In this document: piece by piece, positions 14,423-21,308 of the stretch | Layout of the letters: each line of letters opens with the position of its first letter | Numbering within the stretch: the stretch's first letter is position 1 | Source of the DNA: a virus | Reading direction: 5' to 3' (one strand) | DNA: 21,308 bases | IMG/VR virus record: IMGVR_UViG_3300044998_000260 | Coordinates: 1 to 21,308 of that record | Made by a program: the position numbers and the translations under genes | The notes under the pieces: generated by a model | The model's input: the letters and a program-made list of their open reading frames with translations, nothing else | Told to the model about the DNA's origin: nothing | Databases searched by the model: none

Positions 14423-17400
14423 TTATCTTACATCAAGAATTGGTCCGGCATTATCATTTCGGCGTTGTACTGGTTCTGCACCCGTAGATACGAACAAGAT
14501 ATCGCCCGCCGATGGAATAATTTCAACTGCCGGGCCGCCGTCAAAGGTCGTATCGTCACTTTGCTTACACCCCAACCAAATTCTACGAAGTGTACCAAGT
14601 CGAGTATCTCGGCGGAAACGATAATGTTCGTTTATATAACCCACAAATGGAGTATAACCACTTCCAGAATTTACTAATTCAATCTTTCCATTTATCCTAG
14701 ACACTACTCGAACATCATATGCCGGAACCGTCGTATATTTAGTCCGACGCCAGTTATCGGTATCGAGAGAGGGCGGATTATAGCTAATAAACGATCCACT
14801 TCGAAGTGGGGTAACACATACATATTCAAATCCATTACCCGATTCGGCCGCTCCGACTTGATTTGATTGGGTTACATACTGTCCTGGAATATAAGTAGAA
14901 CCTTTATTCCATATACCTGCTGAAATTAAAGAATTTTCACCTACACGAACTTGTTTCTGTGTCTCAACCAAGAAAATACCATCACGCTGTGTAAAATAAT
15001 TTACTACACCGATATCGGAAAAATCAATATATGGTTCTATTGGACTTACATAGAAATTTTCACCAATTCCAGAATTTAATCCCGTATTTATGCTAATGTT
15101 GGACCCAGGTGTATATGTGACTAAAAGTTGTATAAATGCTGCTTGATATTGTGGCGGAATATGTGCTATACTTGTGGCTTGAAAACGCTGTAATAAGAAG
15201 TTTTGATAATTCAGTACCGACATGGCATCGTCGATATAGAAGAAATCAGTATTCAAATCATCAATACCATCCAACCCATACTTGGTTGCTTCAAATGTGT
15301 CAAATGATGCTTGAATCGGTTCTTCATCTTGCGCTTCAAATGTTGTCTCGTAAGTCAACCAGTCGGTTCGGGGCTGGTCGGTTTCCGACATATCATATCG
15401 GGCATCAAATATATCGTAGGTAGCTACAATAACTTCTGACGAGATGGGTTGTTCAAGAATTGCCGTCTGTACATTATAAGAAGCTTGAATTACACTAGGT
15501 TGTGATGTAAATGGATCGGCTTCAAGAGTTGGGTTGACATTTTCCTCAAACGTTCCCTTACCCGAGATATCAATTTTTTTCCATTGAATCTTGTTTCTTT
15601 CCAAAATGTGTGGTTCGAGAACAATACCAGTTAATAGTTTTGCTCGTGCCGGCACAAACTGTTCGGCCTGTTTGAACAGCGGTGCCAACAAAGTATCTAC
15701 AAACTCCACAAAACTATTGTAGTTGTAGTTATAGGCATAGTTTGACCAGTACAATTTGTTAATTTCATCAAGATCCTTGTATCGAACCTCATACAAATTC
15801 GACGGGTCACCAATGTAATCTTGTATATCTACATTGCCAACAGAACGAATAATATTATCATTAATTGCATCAGTGATGGAGAAGAAGAAACCAATTATGT
15901 TATTAGATTGAACAGCATTTTCTTTTTGTTCAATTGTAACCATACTCTTTTTATGAGACAATACAGGTATACCTGAGCCCGAATCATCATTTAATGTTCG
16001 AAACACCGGAGGATCTGCAATTGTGACTTTGTTAGTAACATACTGACTGCCACCAGCATTTGGAGCAAATCGTAGTACATTTCGCGTAATAACTTCCATG
16101 CTGTTTGGATAACTGGTTTCGTTCGGAAACGCCGATGCACTAAACTGTAACAGCCTATTGGATCGCCCAGCGACGCGAATATACGGCGTTTCGTTTAGAA
16201 CAAAACGATTTAATGGATTGACAGATCCGAGATTTCTTGGCTTATTGAAGCTGAGTCGTACCGGCAAAGAGTCACGAGCCGATGATACGGTATTACCATT
16301 ATACAGTCCCGGATACTTCGTATGAAAATTTATTGTATCAGGAGACAATACTTCCGTCCACATACGGAACTCATCAATCAATCCGGCAAATGGTTGTGCC
16401 GTAGGTATGGTTCCACTCGAACCCAAATACAAAATTGTACCCGATCCCCAAATACCCACCGAATTAATGCTTGATGTCACATATGAATTATATGTAAAAT
16501 CACCATCGTCATCGGTTTGCTGTACCCACAAATTAATAGAATTATTTGTTCTTTGTAGTGTGGTGCTATAAAACGTACCATCGTAAATCGGAAACACCGA
16601 TGAAGTAGCGGCGACGGTAGTTCCACTAACATAAGCAACTCGTCCAAAACTTCTTGACACCGGAATGAGTTGAAGTGACCAATTTTTATCTACATTATAC
16701 AATACACTGCGTGTGGCCGTCGTTGTGGCAAATCGCGTCTGTACTGTGGTGATAAATTCTAGTCCTGATCCGCTCCACGGAATTTGTACGAAAGAACCAC
16801 TTGGAATTTTAAGAGCATTGGTTTGTTCTTCAATAATTTCATATGACTGCGTGGTGTAAAATGACGGCGTAGCCGTTTCACGAATTTGAATCGTAGTTGG
16901 TAGGAAGCCATACGCATTCAATAATCCGCGAAGTGCTTGCTTGGTTCCCTTTGATTTTGCCAAGTAAATGTGATTATGCAAGAAGCGCTTCCATGTCTCA
17001 GCAGCAACTTGACGATATATCTTTGGAGAAACTTGACCAATTTCTCCGATAGTATAATCTACCAGAGCTTTAACGGCATACTGATTAGGTAAACTGATGC
17101 CGACTGATTCGGCAACACTCCAAATCATATCCATAGACAAGCCAACAAACGGATTGCTGTTTCGGTCATAGATATCAGGCATAGCATCTGCATATGCTTT
17201 TAGGATATCAAAATGGTGACCAACCAAATCCATAAATTTAATAAAGTCTTGTGAACGCGGATCGTTTACAAGATATTCGGGAAGATTATTGACCAAACGA
17301 TTTTGATTTTGACGGTCATATTCTTCAGCAATATATTCAATTGCATCAAGCCATGAGACAAAGCCAAACCCACCGTCTTCAGGCGCCGGCAATACATCCG

Positions 17401-18766
17401 GTCCCACCAATACAGGATACAAATTTGCATTACTTGCCGATGCTACTGAAATTACCGATCCGTTGACCTTTGGCCATTCAAATGGCTTCATAAAGTACAA
17501 TTGGTCAACTATGTCGGAAAATGATGACGAATATTGACTGCCGGATGCGTAATATAGGTGACGTTCAAATCCGTCAAATGAACGAATTAATTCTTCGCGC
17601 TGTTGTGCTATACGGAGAACAGTGGGATATGATACCGATGAAGTAAATCCGCTTAGTCCTGTAGTAATTGTAGCAATACTAGACGACTGTTGTGCAATGA
17701 CTGCATCGTAATTTTCAATTGTCAACAATTTTTGCTTGAATGCTTGTATACGAGCTTTTGCAGAACTATAGAAAACAAAGTTTGAAAAATTTGTATAGTC
17801 AATGTTTAGTTCAGCACCTTCAAGAGATGTAACATACCATTCATTGATGATTGGGTCATTTGGCTTTGCCACATCAAACGAACTCGTAGTAAACAATGAT
17901 GACAATGTAACATTGTTTATTTCATTACCATCCAACACACGCACATTAATATTTCTATTTGGTGGACGCAAATATACACGAAGACCTTCACCGGGAATAA
18001 AGACCACATATAACTGGTCAATTAATGATGGCGAAAGTTCTCGATCAATCCAGAGTTCCGAAAACACTTCTGCATCGGTTGGCAACGGGCGATATGTTTT
18101 AACAAGAATAGTTCGTCCCGTTGGTTCCGATTCGTCATACTGCCAATTCACAATTGGCATTTGATAGTCTTCACCAAAATTCAACAATGTCTTTCCTACT
18201 CGGTCTTCATCAAAATAAGATGCAATCTTATTTTGAAGAAGACGACGAGCCGCAGCAATAACTGAATTCGTCAGTGCAATTGGGATTGGACGAATTAAAA
18301 GTTCCCAATCTATACTGATGTTATCAGGACTAAATGTTGGAATTGCGGGGAATACATCCAAATTCGCAATAATATTAATTTGTGCAGGACGTGGAGGAGA
18401 ATATACGCCTACTCGAATTTGGAGATATTGCGACCCGTTTGACACCGGTGGCGGTGGCGGTGCAATATTGGTGTAATCAGGTAATTGAATCGGTGGCACC
18501 GGACCTGTGTAATCCGGTGGTAAAATTTGAATAGATGGTGGCGGGGCCGGGGGAGGTACAACCAGATATACGCCGCTGATGGCGTATCGGCTTCGATCAT
18601 ACGTGCCATCAGGCAGTTTATTATTTAAACCAAGCTGATCTGCCGTAATTCCCGGCTGCGCCCAAATTAAGGTGCCATCCGGCGCCGTGAACAATGTAGC
18701 GTTGTCGGGTATCCGATTACCTTCTTTTAAGAGACGAATCTCTTCTGGAGTATAAAAAGTTGCCAT
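14423..18766 (-). CDS. Large baseplate-wedge-like virion protein with LamG/ConA-like and CBM5/12-like domains
   Basis: LPEYL...F.KF.......FD and KSKGT..AL..LL..YG (wedge gpI/gp7-like); LYLGS...FAGLIDEFRMW..VLS (LamG); WNKGSTY..G..V...YVC...PPS....W (CBM5/12-like); Pro-rich N-terminus. Confidence 0.75.
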   Translation of the reverse strand: MATFYTPEEIRLLKEGNRIPDNATLFTAPDGTLIWAQPGITADQLGLNNKLPDGTYDRSRYAISGVYLVVPPPAPPPSIQILPPDYTGPVPPIQLPDYTNIAPPPPPVSNGSQYLQIRVGVYSPPRPAQINIIANLDVFPAIPTFSPDNISIDWELLIRPIPIALTNSVIAAARRLLQNKIASYFDEDRVGKTLLNFGEDYQMPIVNWQYDESEPTGRTILVKTYRPLPTDAEVFSELWIDRELSPSLIDQLYVVFIPGEGLRVYLRPPNRNINVRVLDGNEINNVTLSSLFTTSSFDVAKPNDPIINEWYVTSLEGAELNIDYTNFSNFVFYSSAKARIQAFKQKLLTIENYDAVIAQQSSSIATITTGLSGFTSSVSYPTVLRIAQQREELIRSFDGFERHLYYASGSQYSSSFSDIVDQLYFMKPFEWPKVNGSVISVASASNANLYPVLVGPDVLPAPEDGGFGFVSWLDAIEYIAEEYDRQNQNRLVNNLPEYLVNDPRSQDFIKFMDLVGHHFDILKAYADAMPDIYDRNSNPFVGLSMDMIWSVAESVGISLPNQYAVKALVDYTIGEIGQVSPKIYRQVAAETWKRFLHNHIYLAKSKGTKQALRGLLNAYGFLPTTIQIRETATPSFYTTQSYEIIEEQTNALKIPSGSFVQIPWSGSGLEFITTVQTRFATTTATRSVLYNVDKNWSLQLIPVSRSFGRVAYVSGTTVAATSSVFPIYDGTFYSTTLQRTNNSINLWVQQTDDDGDFTYNSYVTSSINSVGIWGSGTILYLGSSGTIPTAQPFAGLIDEFRMWTEVLSPDTINFHTKYPGLYNGNTVSSARDSLPVRLSFNKPRNLGSVNPLNRFVLNETPYIRVAGRSNRLLQFSASAFPNETSYPNSMEVITRNVLRFAPNAGGSQYVTNKVTIADPPVFRTLNDDSGSGIPVLSHKKSMVTIEQKENAVQSNNIIGFFFSITDAINDNIIRSVGNVDIQDYIGDPSNLYEVRYKDLDEINKLYWSNYAYNYNYNSFVEFVDTLLAPLFKQAEQFVPARAKLLTGIVLEPHILERNKIQWKKIDISGKGTFEENVNPTLEADPFTSQPSVIQASYNVQTAILEQPISSEVIVATYDIFDARYDMSETDQPRTDWLTYETTFEAQDEEPIQASFDTFEATKYGLDGIDDLNTDFFYIDDAMSVLNYQNFLLQRFQATSIAHIPPQYQAAFIQLLVTYTPGSNISINTGLNSGIGENFYVSPIEPYIDFSDIGVVNYFTQRDGIFLVETQKQVRVGENSLISAGIWNKGSTYIPGQYVTQSNQVGAAESGNGFEYVCVTPLRSGSFISYNPPSLDTDNWRRTKYTTVPAYDVRVVSRINGKIELVNSGSGYTPFVGYINEHYRFRRDTRLGTLRRIWLGCKQSDDTTFDGGPAVEIIPSAGDILFVSTGAEPVQRRNDNAGPILDVR

Positions 18767-18770
18767 ACTA

Positions 18771-20585
18771 TTATCTTAATTGCGAACGTGAGGTTACCAC
18801 TCTCACAGTACCACCGGCCAAAATACCCTGGAAATTATTTATTGTTTTCTTTGCAGAGACATTTACCCCGGCCACGCCATTATTATATGCATTTTGCCAT
18901 GTTGCTAATGGTATGTTCGTTGGCGGAGCTACAATTTCCGCGTTAATTTCAATAATACCAGGATTAATTGCTACTAATGTAGCATCTACCGATCCGTTTG
19001 GACTATCGATGACAGCAACACTCTGATTCAAAGATTTCCAAATTACACCATTTACCGGGAACAACAACTGTTTAGAATTTGTTGCATTCGGTGTAACATC
19101 CGGCGGACCAGCATAAATTGCAAACTGAATAGGCATGCGTTCACCAACTACCATTGATGCTCGCGGTGGACTAATCTGTGCATAAATTTTTGCGTTTGAG
19201 CCTAAAACCTGTACTGAATTTCCTCCAACCGGTAATACTACCGGGGGTTGTGGAGAATTCAGCTGGGGATCTTGTTTAGGCGGCGGATTAATAGTAATCA
19301 ACGGAGGTAGATTTCTCAATACATAGATGGGACCACTAACATTCAATGGAGACACAAACCACTCAAGTTTTTGAGAAAATGTTCTAGAATTCATAGTACT
19401 CTTATTTTTTGCATCGGATTCTTTAAGTCGAATGGTTACCACTATTTCTGACTGAGGATCCATATCAATCAACGTAGGTGATTCGGTTTCGGCCCATTCA
19501 GGTAAATAAAACTGAAACCGCAATACTGCGTTTACTGTATTATTTCTAAACTTGTATTGCAATGGTTTAATAGAAGGTGGCCTACCTATTTCATAAATCC
19601 ACTGGTAACTAGCAGCATTTGGAGAAAAACTGTACAATTCCGTAACGTTACGAGCACGAAATGTGTTTTGTGGATCCGCGAACGGTTTTACCAACTTCAC
19701 AAATGGATTTGGCAATTGACCGGTAGCCGGTGGTTGCGACATGGTAGATGGAATAAACTGGGGGCGCAATCCATCGGCCTGAAGAATCTGAACTCGTCGA
19801 ATTTCTTGTTGAATTATCGGTGGTACTAACGGCGGCGTTGGTAATGGCGTTGGTCTTGGATCTGTCGTTGGTGTATTAATACGTTCAAGATCATTTTGTA
19901 TTCGTTCAATCTTGTTCCAACGAATACGAACGGTGTGCAACAAACCTGGCTGTGGATTTACTAACGCTTGTCCGCCACCACTGGTTCCTTCCCATGGACT
20001 ATAAAAACCAAAATCACCAAACGGCGTAGAAACTACATTTTGTACAGTGATTCGATATCCAAATTGAATCGGGCCGCCCATTGGAAGTTCCGCTTGAACT
20101 ATTCGTTCATTTGGATATACCACATACGGCAATCCTCTACCTTGTGTTCTATTATTTGGTAAATGCCTAAATCCACTATTGATGTCATCTCTGATATTCT
20201 GTGGATACTGCGCTAGTAAATTTGGATCTACCGAATCAAAATTTTCAATTGTTGAGTTTGTACCAAATTGTCCATCAATTACCGTAGTAGGATTGTACCC
20301 TTCAGGTAAACCAATGTGTTCAACGCGGAGAACGCCGTATCCAGGAGCCGCCGTTGTGGCTTTTGATGGTGCCAACTGTGAAGGTTGGTACGCAGGATAT
20401 AATACAGACTGATTATCTTGTGGATAAAATGCCTGTGAGATGGTTCTATCGGCACTAATTAACACGAACGTACCGACACTAGAATCAAATACGGGTTCAA
20501 ACTCTTGTCCGTATACAGATTTTAGGCGCCGGCGCTCATCATCTAGTTGCTTGTTGTATGTAGGTCCAAAATCAACTGATGCCAT
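18771..20585 (-). CDS. Pro-rich virion protein with C-terminal Ig-like (Big_2-like) domain
   Basis: ISPPRASMVVGE...VIWKS.NQSVAVI...LVAINPG...I.A fits the Big_2 pattern; 604 aa; start is 1 nt from the upstream stop. Confidence 0.7.
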   Translation of the reverse strand: MASVDFGPTYNKQLDDERRRLKSVYGQEFEPVFDSSVGTFVLISADRTISQAFYPQDNQSVLYPAYQPSQLAPSKATTAAPGYGVLRVEHIGLPEGYNPTTVIDGQFGTNSTIENFDSVDPNLLAQYPQNIRDDINSGFRHLPNNRTQGRGLPYVVYPNERIVQAELPMGGPIQFGYRITVQNVVSTPFGDFGFYSPWEGTSGGGQALVNPQPGLLHTVRIRWNKIERIQNDLERINTPTTDPRPTPLPTPPLVPPIIQQEIRRVQILQADGLRPQFIPSTMSQPPATGQLPNPFVKLVKPFADPQNTFRARNVTELYSFSPNAASYQWIYEIGRPPSIKPLQYKFRNNTVNAVLRFQFYLPEWAETESPTLIDMDPQSEIVVTIRLKESDAKNKSTMNSRTFSQKLEWFVSPLNVSGPIYVLRNLPPLITINPPPKQDPQLNSPQPPVVLPVGGNSVQVLGSNAKIYAQISPPRASMVVGERMPIQFAIYAGPPDVTPNATNSKQLLFPVNGVIWKSLNQSVAVIDSPNGSVDATLVAINPGIIEINAEIVAPPTNIPLATWQNAYNNGVAGVNVSAKKTINNFQGILAGGTVRVVTSRSQLR

Positions 20586-20586
20586 A

Positions 20587-21308
20587 TTAGATTAAGAATT
20601 GATCTTCAAGAGTAAATCCTCCGCCGCCAACAAATCTGTCGCGAGTACCAAAACTAGTGTCGTTGGAAAAATCATTAAAGAACGTAGGTTGTTCAACTAT
20701 AAATACCTGTGGCACCGGTGGCGGTGGAGGAGGTGGCGGCGGAGGAGCAATTAATACTGGCGGTACAGGATTAATTACTTCTACGGTAGTATTGGTTGTT
20801 GTCGCTGGTCGTGATGGATCAAATGTTCCGCGGCTGCCATCAATTGCTGAAACAATTGTGGTTGGTCGTGCGGCACGATCAAAATCTCGCAAAACATATG
20901 GATCATTTGGCGGATACCAAGCTCCTCCAAATGGATCTTGTACCCATCCGGCCGGAGGTAGTCCAAGTGATAATCCGCCTGCACCAGTACCATCTACCCA
21001 CACCGTTGTGACTGGTGGAGTTGGTGGTGGCAGAGGTACTGGTGGTGGGGGCGGCGGTGGTGAAAGTATTTGAATTGGCGGTTCAAAGATAGGTGGCGGT
21101 GGCGGTTCGTCATATACAACATTTACTACTTCAGATGTTGCTAACTGCCATTGTACTGTAGCCGTACCAATACCACGATCATTATAGTATTCAATAAAAA
21201 TACTTCTCAGTCCAGATAGTCCATCTACATAAAATGTGTATGTAGTAGGTGGTTGATCTCGCCAAGCATCTAGTACCAATCTACCATCAACAAATACACG
21301 CATACCAT
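20587..21308 (-). CDS. PA14-domain protein with polyproline tail (5' partial)
   Basis: Frame is open to the window edge: (D)GMRVFVDGRLVLDAWRDQ...I.IEYY..G.....W is the C-terminal half of a PA14 domain, so the ORF-track Met is internal. Confidence 0.85.
   Translation of the reverse strand, partial: GMRVFVDGRLVLDAWRDQPPTTYTFYVDGLSGLRSIFIEYYNDRGIGTATVQWQLATSEVVNVVYDEPPPPPIFEPPIQILSPPPPPPPVPLPPPTPPVTTVWVDGTGAGGLSLGLPPAGWVQDPFGGAWYPPNDPYVLRDFDRAARPTTIVSAIDGSRGTFDPSRPATTTNTTVEVINPVPPVLIAPPPPPPPPPPVPQVFIVEQPTFFNDFSNDTSFGTRDRFVGGGGFTLEDQFLI

Noticed and set aside
20657-21073. Gly-rich plus-strand ORF and other short overlapping ORFs throughout the track
   Set aside because: Antisense or out-of-frame shadows of long minus-strand genes with no motifs.
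1-21308. Stop-codon reassignment (genetic code 15 or 4)
   Set aside because: Genes are full length and densely packed under code 11 with no fragmentation at TAG or TGA; TGA stops overlap or abut downstream features normally.

Overview
Part of the genome of a large tailed dsDNA phage (Caudoviricetes, probably myovirus-like), about 40% GC by eye. All real genes lie on the minus strand and are tightly packed. In transcription order (right to left) they are: a virion/baseplate cluster (PA14 + Pro-rich protein; Pro-rich protein with Ig-like C-terminus; 1447-aa baseplate-wedge-like protein with LamG and CBM5/12-like domains; three smaller structural proteins; a 108-aa hypothetical); an uncalled 42-codon remnant of a CCA-adding/poly(A) polymerase gene containing a long hairpin; an HNH endonuclease; a sigma70-type promoter driving a DNA primase and a fused SbcD-SbcC (Mre11-Rad50) gene; and a second virion block. 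In that block, a three-gene module (fibre/adaptor protein, 7-blade RCC1 propeller built from near-identical 150-bp repeats with hypervariable loops, TPR/GT-B glycosyltransferase-like protein) sits between two ORFs that may be the halves of one ancestral structural gene, the second ending in mucin-like poly-Thr tracts. All product calls come from motif recognition by eye; no database search was run.
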